Assembly (NCBI GenBank): GCA_002841355.1
Contig: PHFB01000004.1
Span: 13,662-37,661 of the forward strand
Reading direction: 5' to 3'
Source of the DNA: Actinobacteria bacterium HGW-Actinobacteria-1
GTDB lineage: Bacteria; Actinomycetota; Coriobacteriia; Anaerosomatales; Anaerosomataceae
Length of the DNA stretch: 24,000 nucleotides
The notes under the pieces were generated by a model that worked only from the letters and a program-made list of their open reading frames with translations, was not told the DNA's origin and did no database searches. Positions 7,561 through 15,377 of the stretch are shown piece after piece. Both the position numbers and the translations under genes were made by a program. Every line of letters starts with the position of its first letter. Position 1 is the first letter of the stretch.

Positions 7561-7947
7561 CTAGTCGGCGTAGTCGTCCTGCTTCTGACCCGGCGGAACG
7601 TAGAGCGGCCTGACCTCGACGCCGCCGTTGACGGCTGCAGGGTGCAGCATCGCCACCTCAGTCGCCACATCGATACTCGGCGCCGCCAGCACGAAGAACG
7701 CCGAGGCGACCAGGTCCGACGCCACGAGCGTTCCAGCTCGTACGGCACCTCCCTGCACGGTCATCGCAGCCGTGCTTGGATCGAAGGCGAAGCCCCGCTG
7801 CTTCGGGAAGTAGCTGCCGCCTAGGACCTTGGCGCCAAGCGATTTGGCACGCGCCGGGAACTCATCGAGCAGGGCCACGTGCTCGGCGCTCAGCGCGGTC
7901 GGATCCGCCGGAACTGGCGAGTATACGATCATCCCGTATTGGGGCAT
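7561..7947 (-). CDS. YciI-like (YCII-related) domain protein
   Basis: MPQYGMIVYSP start, central FFVLAAPSIDVATEVA and C-terminal GGVEVRPL resemble YCII-family proteins. GAAAGGAAG lies upstream of the ATG. Confidence 0.55.
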   Translation of the reverse strand: MPQYGMIVYSPVPADPTALSAEHVALLDEFPARAKSLGAKVLGGSYFPKQRGFAFDPSTAAMTVQGGAVRAGTLVASDLVASAFFVLAAPSIDVATEVAMLHPAAVNGGVEVRPLYVPPGQKQDDYAD

Positions 7948-7993
7948 GGAGCGCTTCCTTTCGTCGTATCGTGCGTATGTCGTCCTACCGGCG

Positions 7994-8458
7994 CTAGTAC
8001 TCGCCCTTGATCACGAAGAACGAACCCCGAATCGTACCGGCAAGCTTCGACTTCATCTTGGCGAACTTGAATTTGCCCTCAAGCTCAGCGGGTACCTCCA
8101 TGCCATCCGAAAGCTTGAATCCAACCGCTCGCTTCTTGGGATCATCGATCGTGTACATCACGTTGACGGACAGACCGCTCTCGTAGAAGACGTAGGCGAA
8201 CTTGATGTTCTCCACCTGGAACCGTGAGGTCTCCAGCGGCTTTGAGGCAAACTCGAGACCGCGTTCCTCATGAAGGATGCGGTTCACATACTCCAACGTG
8301 TCCTGACTCTCGCTTGCCGGCGTGACCATGAACTCGTGCTTGTACTTGTTCATGAAGTAGCGTGCTTCGTTCGCACGAAGCCCGGCGAGAGCCTCGGCTA
8401 CGGGTGATGTTTCCAGGCCAACCGTGGATACGTTCACAAAATCGACTAGTGCAGACAT
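7994..8458 (-). CDS. Hypothetical protein (154 aa), no family recognised
   Basis: This is the C-terminal part of track ORF 7994..10054. GAAGGAGG lies 7 nt upstream of ATG 8458. Composition is balanced and K/E/F-rich. GC is about 54% by hand count of a 100-nt sample. Confidence 0.65.
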   Translation of the reverse strand: MSALVDFVNVSTVGLETSPVAEALAGLRANEARYFMNKYKHEFMVTPASESQDTLEYVNRILHEERGLEFASKPLETSRFQVENIKFAYVFYESGLSVNVMYTIDDPKKRAVGFKLSDGMEVPAELEGKFKFAKMKSKLAGTIRGSFFVIKGEY

Positions 8459-8629
8459 TTCGGGACCTCCTTCTGTCGCTATGTTCTTTGCCAAGAAACC
8501 CCCGGGCGTATCGCCCACGCGGAACTGCCCAACGGGTATCATCGTGGTGTCGCCTGTCTCGGGAGTCATGGTTCCCGGGAGCCGGGTGACGTGTCCGAGG
8601 GCGACCCCAGCGCAGCGTGAGGCGGAACC

Positions 8630-9205
8630 ATGAGAGATGTCGTCTACATCGCATCGGTCTCGGTCGACGGATTCCTCGGGGCCGACGATGGCGACAACGC
8701 CTGGGTGGTTCCGGACCCCGAGCTGCACCGCCACTTCAACGCGCTCGAAGGCGATTTCGACGCGCACCTGTACGGTCGTCGCATGTACGAACTGATGGCT
8801 GAGTTCTGGCCCACTGCAGACGAACTGCCTGACGTACCCGACTACATAGCCGAATATGCACGGATCTGGCGGGCGATGCCGAAGCTCGTGTTCTCCAACT
8901 CGCTGCAGCGCGTCGAGTGGAACTCGCGCCTGTATCCAGGTGATGCGGTTGAGCACGTCGCGAGGCTTAAGGCGGAATCGGGCGGGGCAATGAGCGTGGG
9001 GGGCACGGCACTGGCGACATCGCTGGCTCAGCACGACCTCATCGATGAGTTTCGCCTCTACGTGATGCCGACCATCGTCGGATCCGGGACATCGATCTTC
9101 CGCGACCTGGGTCATCACATCGATCTGGCCACACTTGAGACCGAGCAGTTCGCCTCGGGCGCCGTTCTGCTCAGGTATCGCGCTCGGCCATTGACGGGGG
9201 CGTAG
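8630..9205 (+). CDS. Dihydrofolate reductase family protein (RibD C-terminal domain type)
   Basis: VVYIASVSVDGFLGADDG, MSVGGTALATSL and FRLYVMPTIVGSGTSIF match the RibD_C/DHFR-like fold signature. Paralogue of 13331..13858. Confidence 0.85.
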   Translation: MRDVVYIASVSVDGFLGADDGDNAWVVPDPELHRHFNALEGDFDAHLYGRRMYELMAEFWPTADELPDVPDYIAEYARIWRAMPKLVFSNSLQRVEWNSRLYPGDAVEHVARLKAESGGAMSVGGTALATSLAQHDLIDEFRLYVMPTIVGSGTSIFRDLGHHIDLATLETEQFASGAVLLRYRARPLTGA

Positions 9206-9250
9206 CCGCCGCACGGAACTCGCCAGCACACCCGATCGCGAGGAGAGCAC

Positions 9251-10159
9251 ATGCGGACCGAGGACCTTCGGCGCTACATCAAGAACACCGAGAAGATGGT
9301 CGTTCCGGCGATGGTCGCGACTACCACGCAGGGCAGCGCGTTCCTGCGCAAGCTGCCACTTCGTCTTCAGCGCTACATCGCCGATCGGGGTGCGCGCTCG
9401 AATCCGTACATGAGCTTCGTCGTGGAGCCTTACGCCGTCTTCCTCGCCTTCGAGATCACCGACACGGAAGCGGCGTCGAAGATCCTGCCGCCGGGCTACA
9501 GCCTGTTCCCCTCGGCCATGTTCACGGATACTTCCGCGCGGCCGTGTGCGATCGTGAGCGCCTTCAACGTTCACACGAACGTCTTCTGGGGCAGTCGCGT
9601 GGAGTTCTACCTGATCGCCGAGAACTGCAACACGGGGCTGCTGTCGTGGGTCATCGTCGAATACGAGAGCAACACCCACAGCTACGAACCGAGCCGGGGG
9701 TTCATCGCTCCGAGCACGAAGCCCTCTGTGGTGACGACATCGTACGCGGGCGAGATCATCATCGATGTGGCAAGCGCCGAGTGCGGCAACAGCCTCGCGT
9801 TCGTTGCCGATCTCAACCACGCCGTGTCCACTGAACTTGACCAGCGCCTGTGGGTGGAAGGCAATCTCTCGGTCGACTATGGCGGCGCGTTGCAGCAGTG
9901 CACGAAGCCATTCAGCCTCGTATTCGATCCGCAAGAGATGGCTCGTGCGCTCAAGCTTCCGCTTGAGGACATATCGCTGTGCACCAACACGTTCGGGGCC
10001 GGAATGCTTGACCCGAGGCCCTTCGAGGCCGCGTGTTTCCCGTACGCGCAGCACTTCGTGACCACAAGCACGCCGACGGCCACAACCATGCGGACTGCCG
10101 AGGACCTCGAACGAGCGGTGAGCGAGCTCAACAAGACGCTGAATGCGCCGAAGGCATGA
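9251..10159 (+). CDS. Hypothetical protein (302 aa), possibly an acetoacetate-decarboxylase-like/DUF2071-type beta fold (weak)
   Basis: GAGGAGAG lies just upstream of ATG 9251. Composition is balanced. The stop overlaps the next start (ATGA at 10156-10159). Only a vague resemblance (VFLAFEITDTEAASKILPPGYSLFP) to the ADC-like/DUF2071 layout. Confidence 0.65.
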   Translation: MRTEDLRRYIKNTEKMVVPAMVATTTQGSAFLRKLPLRLQRYIADRGARSNPYMSFVVEPYAVFLAFEITDTEAASKILPPGYSLFPSAMFTDTSARPCAIVSAFNVHTNVFWGSRVEFYLIAENCNTGLLSWVIVEYESNTHSYEPSRGFIAPSTKPSVVTTSYAGEIIIDVASAECGNSLAFVADLNHAVSTELDQRLWVEGNLSVDYGGALQQCTKPFSLVFDPQEMARALKLPLEDISLCTNTFGAGMLDPRPFEAACFPYAQHFVTTSTPTATTMRTAEDLERAVSELNKTLNAPKA

Positions 10160-10791
10160 GCAACAACCGCGATCAGGCCCGGGACCTCATCAGGGTCGCA
10201 TGCGTGGGCGACAGCATCACCCGAGGGACGTTCGTCTGGCGCAGGAAGCGACAGGCGTACCCCGTGCAACTGCAGGCGATGCTCGGCGAGCGGTTCTTCG
10301 TGCGGAACTTCGGGGTCAACGCCAACGCGGCGCAGCGGTCAGCGGATGTGTCGTATTGGGAGAGCGACGCATTCGCGAAGAGCAGCGACTTCGAGCCTGA
10401 TATCGTGCTGATCATGCTCGGCACGAATGACTCCCGGGGAGACAACTGGAAGGGCGTGGATTCGTTTGCTGCTGACTATCGCGAACTCGTCGCGCACTAC
10501 CAGTCGCTGAAGTCGAGTCCTCGCGTCTGGCTGTTGACGCCCCCAGCGCTGTTCCGCGTGGGGCGAAGCGCGAAAGTCCGCTACGGTATGGACGAGTCGG
10601 CGATCCGGGAGATGTCTGACGCGATCAAGCACCTCGCACAGGAGCTGGGGTGCGGCATGATCGACATCAACGAAGCCACTGCTGGTCGACCCGACGCGTT
10701 CAAATTCGACGGCGTGCACCCGGGTGGTCAGGGAGCGAGGCTCATTGCGCAGGTCGTGCACGACGCACTGTTGGGTGCGCGGGAAGACTGA
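10156..10791 (+). CDS. SGNH/GDSL family hydrolase
   Basis: In frame with ORF 10033..10791. Block I is VACVGDSITRG, block III is LGTNDS and block V is DGVHP. The ATG overlaps the upstream stop. Confidence 0.85.
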   Translation: MSNNRDQARDLIRVACVGDSITRGTFVWRRKRQAYPVQLQAMLGERFFVRNFGVNANAAQRSADVSYWESDAFAKSSDFEPDIVLIMLGTNDSRGDNWKGVDSFAADYRELVAHYQSLKSSPRVWLLTPPALFRVGRSAKVRYGMDESAIREMSDAIKHLAQELGCGMIDINEATAGRPDAFKFDGVHPGGQGARLIAQVVHDALLGARED

Positions 10792-10841
10792 GTCGTCAGC
10801 TTCGGCGGATGAATGCATTCGGAGAGGGAGGTTCTGGTCGC

Positions 10842-11267
10842 ATGCGAAACGTGGCTCGGGGAGTCTTGGTCGTAGTGAGTATCTTGAACGGCATCGCGGG
10901 TCTCGTCTGCGGCGTACTGTTCATCGCCGGACCGGATGGCAGTCTCATGCAGGCGGGTGCGCTTCTTCCCGTGATAGCGACGATGCCGCTCGCGAACGTC
11001 TTCTTCCAAGACTTCCTGTGGATCGGCATAGCGATGCTGCTGGTTCTGGGTATCCCGAACACCGTCGCGACGGTTCTGCTCGTCCGCAAGAGCGCGTCGC
11101 AGTACCGCGCGACTCTCGCCACAGGCATCCTGCTTCTGCTCTGGACCGGCTTCGAGCTGATCTTCATGCCGAACGGTCTCGCCATCGGCTACTTCGTGGT
11201 GGGAATCGTGGTAGTCGCGGCCTCGGTTCTGCTCGGAAGGACGACCGTGCAGCGAAGCGCCGAGTAG
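10842..11267 (+). CDS. Hypothetical four-helix membrane protein
   Basis: In frame with ORF 10650..11267. GGAGAGGGAGG at 10821-10831 precedes ATG 10842 (alternative ATG at 10809). Four hydrophobic helices. Confidence 0.6.
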   Translation: MRNVARGVLVVVSILNGIAGLVCGVLFIAGPDGSLMQAGALLPVIATMPLANVFFQDFLWIGIAMLLVLGIPNTVATVLLVRKSASQYRATLATGILLLLWTGFELIFMPNGLAIGYFVVGIVVVAASVLLGRTTVQRSAE

Positions 11268-11414
11268 GGCTGTGTCGCGACGTGACCGTCCGGGCAGAAT
11301 CACCACGGCGAACATCGCGCATTTCATGTGCGAACTGGTCGTCGATCCCGGGATATGGGACGTTTGGGCAGGGAAGCTTCCGGTGGTCGTGAACACGCGC
11401 GGAGTGTGAGTGTC

Positions 11415-11834
11415 GTGGATCCACTTAACGTCACCATAGTCGTCCTTCTGTTCGCAGCTGTCGGGCTGATCGAGTGGATCGACAAGCGCGACCTGTTCGC
11501 CAGATGGCTCGACCGGGCACGAGTTCGGCTCGGCAGACGGATTCCACTCGGCCTTCACAGAATCGAGGGCGAGGTCCGGTTCCACTTCGGGCGGGACGAC
11601 GCCATCCTGATCATCACGGTGCCTCTGCCTGATCCGAGCGGACAGCGGACGCGCGCCTGCGTGGGGGCCACTGACGCATCGACGAGGTTCACGGTGAACG
11701 ACGAGGTCGCCACGCCTGATGAGCTGCTCGCGGCTTACGACGACGAGATCGGACCGCTGCTCATTCGGGTTGAGGAGCCGGGCAGAATCGCCGCAATCGG
11801 CATTGCGTCGGAAGGGCGCTCGTCCTTCGGCTGA
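11415..11834 (+). CDS. Hypothetical protein with an N-terminal membrane anchor
   Basis: In frame with ORF 11328..11834. GGAG at 11401-11404 precedes GTG 11415. VTIVVLLFAAVGLIEWI is a helix followed by a soluble domain. The start is uncertain. Confidence 0.45.
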   Translation: MDPLNVTIVVLLFAAVGLIEWIDKRDLFARWLDRARVRLGRRIPLGLHRIEGEVRFHFGRDDAILIITVPLPDPSGQRTRACVGATDASTRFTVNDEVATPDELLAAYDDEIGPLLIRVEEPGRIAAIGIASEGRSSFG

Positions 11835-11948
11835 GTTACCGCCGATCGCTTCTCGGATGGCTTCAGGTACTATCGGTCCATGAGCGTTGGAGTGCTGCTG
11901 ATGCGCGGGCAGAAGCGGCTTTCTGGAATCCGACACCCAAGGAGAGCT

Positions 11949-12683
11949 ATGGATACCACTCGCCCTGTCGAGCAGCATTCGGTCGGCCGCTCGCTCGCGC
12001 TGCATCTGGGTCCGGGTGTGCTGATCGGCGCGTGCTACTTCGCGCTCTCCCCGATACTCCGCTCGTGGGGCTATCCGTCGATCGCGGCTCTCATGTGCAC
12101 GGTCGCGATCGTCCTCGTCCCCGTGGAGCTGGGATACCTGCTGTTTGAGGGTCGCAAACGGAACGGGCGCTACTCGCTCGAGGGTGTCGTCGCCTATCGG
12201 GAGCGCATTCCGGCTCTGCAGTACTTCCTGTGGGTCCCGGTCCTCTTCGTGCTCGTCGGGATCATCTTCACCCTGATGAAGCCGGTCGACGCGTTGCTGC
12301 ACGAGACCGTGTTCTCCTGGGTACCCGTGCTTGAAAGCGGGCTGACGGCGGGGTATTCGAGGGGTGCGCTGATCCTCACGTACGCGCTGGTCGCCGTGTT
12401 CGGCGTCGTCGTCGGTCCAATCGTCGAGGAGTTCTATTTCCGAGGGTTCCTGCTGCCGCGTATGGGATATGCCGGGAAGTGGGCGCCGGTGCTCCACAGC
12501 CTGCTCTTCGCGGTGTACCACTTCTGGACGCCGTGGCAGTTCGTGACCCGAACGCTCGGCATGTTGCCGATGGTGTATGCAGCGCAGCGGCGCAATCTCT
12601 ACGTTGTCGTCATCGTCCACGTTCTGGTGAACACACTCGACGTCGTGACAGCGGTTGCGTTCATCGCGGCCATGGCCCGGTAG
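11949..12683 (+). CDS. CPBP family intramembrane glutamic endopeptidase (CAAX protease/Abi type)
   Basis: In frame with ORF 11880..12683. AAGGAGAG lies upstream of ATG 11949. The three CPBP motifs are present: EEFYFRG, FAVYH and HVLVN. Confidence 0.85.
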   Translation: MDTTRPVEQHSVGRSLALHLGPGVLIGACYFALSPILRSWGYPSIAALMCTVAIVLVPVELGYLLFEGRKRNGRYSLEGVVAYRERIPALQYFLWVPVLFVLVGIIFTLMKPVDALLHETVFSWVPVLESGLTAGYSRGALILTYALVAVFGVVVGPIVEEFYFRGFLLPRMGYAGKWAPVLHSLLFAVYHFWTPWQFVTRTLGMLPMVYAAQRRNLYVVVIVHVLVNTLDVVTAVAFIAAMAR

Positions 12684-12732
12684 CGAGTCGGCCGGTCGTG
12701 CGCAGTCCGAATCGTGGAAACGAGGGGTAGTC

Positions 12733-13350
12733 TTGCTCTTTGGAGTGCTGATACTGGCGGCGCCGGTCCTGATCGTCATGGGCGTGCTGAGAATGAGGGC
12801 GGGAATGCCCTGGCACGCGGCGGCGCTCTGGGTCGTTCTCGGCGTGTATGCGCTGTGGGCCGCCGACCTGCTCTTCTTCCCGATCTATATCGACCCGGTC
12901 CTCCGGGCGGAGGGCCACTCGGTTGCGAGCGGCCTGGGTTGGTGGATCAACCTCGTCCCGTTCAAGACGATCGGCGACCTCATGATCTACGTATCCGGCA
13001 CGCCGGCACTTACGCAGATCGGTGGCAATATCGGGCTGCTGCTGCCGCTGGGACTCATCGGCCCGGTCGTGATGCCCCGGTTGCGAAGCTGGCGATCGCT
13101 TGCGCTTGCCGCGCTGATGACGTCGCTTGGCATTGAGGCGATCCAGCTTGTCGGGACGCTCACCCGATTCCTCGAACGCTCGGTCGATATCGACGACGTG
13201 ATCCTCAACGTGTTCGGCGCCCTTATCGGCTGGGTGCTCTGGCGGCTCCTCGCGTTGGCCTGGGCGCGGTATTCGCGGGTACGAAACAACGGTGGCGAGC
13301 CAGAGGTTCTCGCGCGAGACGGAGGCATCGATGAGACCGCTTCTGCTTAA
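12733..13350 (+). CDS. VanZ family membrane protein
   Basis: In frame with ORF 12655..13350. GAGGGG lies 5 nt before TTG 12733. Contains NLVPFKT and the hallmark RSVDIDDVILNVFGALIGW. Confidence 0.8.
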   Translation: MLFGVLILAAPVLIVMGVLRMRAGMPWHAAALWVVLGVYALWAADLLFFPIYIDPVLRAEGHSVASGLGWWINLVPFKTIGDLMIYVSGTPALTQIGGNIGLLLPLGLIGPVVMPRLRSWRSLALAALMTSLGIEAIQLVGTLTRFLERSVDIDDVILNVFGALIGWVLWRLLALAWARYSRVRNNGGEPEVLARDGGIDETASA

Positions 13351-13858
13351 CCTGACCACCTCGCTCGACGGGTTCATCGCCGATGCGGACGGCGGCATCG
13401 AATGGATCCTCCCTCCCTCGTCGGATGTGCCGGGCGATTACCTGGAACTTGTGGCCACGGTTGACGCATTCGTGATGGGTCGCATCACGTACGAGGTCTC
13501 GCTCGCACTCCCGGGTGGCATGGATCTGTTCCGAGGGAAGCGCGTGTACGTGTTCACGTCCCGCGCGGACGTGCAGCCGCACGCGGGAGTCGAGTTCATC
13601 CACGAGGATCCGGTGGAGTTCGTGACCGCGCTCAAGCAGCAGGTCGGAGGGACGATCTGGCTTTTCGGCGGGGGTCAGCTGGCAACGGCACTCTCCTCGG
13701 CAGGGCTGGTCGACGAGTACCTCATCGCTATTCAGCCGGTGCTGCTCGGCGAGGGCATCGCGCTGTGGCAGGGTGGCGGCGAGCAGATTCGGCTCGAGCC
13801 CGTTTATGCCCGGACATGGCCAGACGGAATCGTGGAGCTGAGGTACAGGCGCCGATGA
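13331..13858 (+). CDS. Dihydrofolate reductase family protein (RibD C-terminal domain type)
   Basis: In frame with ORF 13292..13858. GGAGG lies 5 nt before ATG 13331. Contains LLNLTTSLDGFIADADG, IWLFGGGQLATAL and YLIAIQPVLLGEGIAL. The start overlaps the VanZ 3' end by 20 nt. Confidence 0.85.
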   Translation: MRPLLLNLTTSLDGFIADADGGIEWILPPSSDVPGDYLELVATVDAFVMGRITYEVSLALPGGMDLFRGKRVYVFTSRADVQPHAGVEFIHEDPVEFVTALKQQVGGTIWLFGGGQLATALSSAGLVDEYLIAIQPVLLGEGIALWQGGGEQIRLEPVYARTWPDGIVELRYRRR

Positions 13859-14391
13859 TGGACGTGACGACCCGACCTCTCACCGAGCAGGACCTGCCGC
13901 GTGTCGCGGAGCTGCTCGATTCCACGCTGGGAGCGGGCTTCTGGGACTTGGACGTGCAGCAGTCTGGTAGCCACAGAGCGGCGGTCGCTGACGGCATCAT
14001 CGTCGGGGTGGCTTCGGCCGTTATCGCCGAGGCGACTGGCGAGCTCGCGGGACTCGCGGCACCGGTCGGGCTGGTGCGAATCGCTGCGGTCGCTGAAGAT
14101 GCGCGCGGTTGCGGCGTCGCCACTAGGCTTGTGCGTGAGGTATGCGACGCGTGTGCAGCGGCCGGTGCGGCCGACCTCGCCGCCTTCGCGTGGGTGCACG
14201 GACCCGAGGGCTCCGCGCCGCTCGCCGGCGTGCTTCGGCGGCTGGGCTTCACGCGCGCGCGCAGACTCGTCGACTTCTACTCGTCGTCCGGAATGCAGTG
14301 CTGTCCGGCATGCGGGCAGGTGCCGTGTGCGTGTCCTGCGGACCTTTACGTGCGCAGCGACGCGAAATCGGCGGACCCACATCCGCGCTAG
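13855..14391 (+). CDS. GNAT family N-acetyltransferase with a cysteine-rich C-terminal tail
   Basis: In frame with ORF 13765..14391. The ATG overlaps the upstream TGA (ATGA 13855-13858). VAEDARGCGVATRLVREV is the GNAT acetyl-CoA loop. The tail is MQCCPACGQVPCAC. Confidence 0.75.
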   Translation: MMDVTTRPLTEQDLPRVAELLDSTLGAGFWDLDVQQSGSHRAAVADGIIVGVASAVIAEATGELAGLAAPVGLVRIAAVAEDARGCGVATRLVREVCDACAAAGAADLAAFAWVHGPEGSAPLAGVLRRLGFTRARRLVDFYSSSGMQCCPACGQVPCACPADLYVRSDAKSADPHPR

Positions 14392-14394
14392 AAT
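14385..14394 (+). promoter_or_regulatory. Putative -10 region, GCGCTAGAAT box
   Basis: Overlaps the GNAT stop codon and lies 40 nt upstream of GTG 14434. The same 10-mer occurs on the minus strand at 21744-21753. Confidence 0.35.
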
Positions 14395-14433
14395 CGAACC
14401 CACACACAGTTGGCGGTCGGTAGGGGGTGCCAG

Positions 14434-14985
14434 GTGGGACGCGTGAAGCATTCGGCTTCTCGGCAACATACGTCGGAGGAGTTCGGGAAGTCGGGCCTTG
14501 GCTCGGCTTCGGCCGTCGGTGATCGTGGGCTGGGGTCGGCGGCAGGCGTCGTCGTCGACGGCATGGTAGAGCGCGAGTCGGGACAGACTCCTGGCCCCTC
14601 GGCACCGTATAAGACGATCGTGCTCGTGCTCGTGGGAATGCTGCTCGGTAGCATCGCCATTATCGGCGTGTGGACGGCATTTTCAGCTCCCAAGCCGCTG
14701 CCCGCTGGAACGCATACCGGAATCTGGGTCAGCCTGACTTCAGACCGTCCGGTGACCGAGAGGAGCACGCTCGAACTCATGGCGGACTCCGGAGAGAACG
14801 AAGCGGTGACGGCATGGCGCGCGCAGGCGCAGCGCTCCACGGTCTGTGTGGTTGACGGCGAGGTCGTGAGTCTCGCCGACTTCGCCGAGCACCTGCGTGG
14901 GGGTGCATGGCGAGTCGACGTGACCGCCTCGGCGCCGGGAGTCATCGATCGTATGGAGATGCAGACACCAGACGTCGCCCCGTGA
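14434..14985 (+). CDS. Hypothetical single-pass membrane protein
   Basis: In frame with ORF 14410..14985. TAGGGGG lies 6 nt before GTG 14434. One helix, IVLVLVGMLLGSIAIIGVW. The start is uncertain. Confidence 0.5.
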   Translation: MGRVKHSASRQHTSEEFGKSGLGSASAVGDRGLGSAAGVVVDGMVERESGQTPGPSAPYKTIVLVLVGMLLGSIAIIGVWTAFSAPKPLPAGTHTGIWVSLTSDRPVTERSTLELMADSGENEAVTAWRAQAQRSTVCVVDGEVVSLADFAEHLRGGAWRVDVTASAPGVIDRMEMQTPDVAP

Positions 14986-15020
14986 TGACTGGTCCGCACC
15001 AAGGCAGCAAGGGAGTGATC

Positions 15021-15266
15021 ATGAAGCTCGAGAAGGACACCGAGCGGTATCTGCTTGATTCCATCAAGCGGTTCTTCGGTGAAGAGATGGAGATGCCCGT
15101 CGGTGACCTCAAGGCGATGCAGATCCTCGACTTCTTCGTTGGCGAGATGGGCCCGAGTATCTACAACCAGGCGATCGTGGACGCCCAGGCATACTTCACC
15201 GAGAAGGTGTCTGATCTTGCGGGAGTACACAACCAGGCGGAGTTCGACTACTGGAAGAAGCGCTGA
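15021..15266 (+). CDS. DUF2164 domain-containing protein
   Basis: In frame with ORF 14907..15266. AGGGAG lies 5 nt before ATG 15021. The 81-aa product, with LLDSIKRFFGEEMEMPVGDLKAMQILDFFVGEMGPSIYNQAI, matches the DUF2164 pattern. Confidence 0.75.
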   Translation: MKLEKDTERYLLDSIKRFFGEEMEMPVGDLKAMQILDFFVGEMGPSIYNQAIVDAQAYFTEKVSDLAGVHNQAEFDYWKKR

Positions 15267-15306
15267 GGCGCGCGGAGGCGCCGGGCGGCGCTGCCGCCGA
15301 CAAAGA

Positions 15307-15352
15307 CCGATGCCACGACGCATTGCCCGCGAGGGCGACGCCGTGGCATCGG
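15307..15352. terminator. Probable bidirectional terminator hairpin between the convergent DUF2164 gene and cydB
   Basis: A perfect 11-bp stem, CCGATGCCACG (15307-15317) with CGTGGCATCGG (15342-15352), encloses an inner GCCC-gcga-GGGC stem-loop. No U tract. Confidence 0.45.
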
Positions 15353-15377
15353 AGGTCACGCACCGATCTTGGCTGTG

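Noticed and set aside
8459-10054. Upstream 530 codons of the 686-aa minus-strand ORF 7994..10054
   Set aside because: Only the last 154 codons, after a GAAGGAGG SD and ATG 8458, look like a protein. The rest is R/H/P-rich and lies antisense to two plus-strand genes with clear motifs (RibD_C-like and the 302-aa ORF). This is a typical stop-free antisense frame in GC3-biased DNA.
10728-12779. 683-aa minus-strand ORF
   Set aside because: The translation is D/E/R/H/Q-rich nonsense (the complement of hydrophobic codons). It lies antisense to five plus-strand genes, including motif-bearing SGNH and CPBP genes, and has no SD.
14391-14401. GAATCGAACCC, the complement of a tRNA T-arm/loop-like GGGTTCGATTC; considered as a tRNA or an att-site remnant
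   Set aside because: The flanking bases cannot form a T stem (GTGGG versus CTAGC), an acceptor stem or an anticodon arm. There is no integrase or direct repeat nearby, so this is most likely chance.
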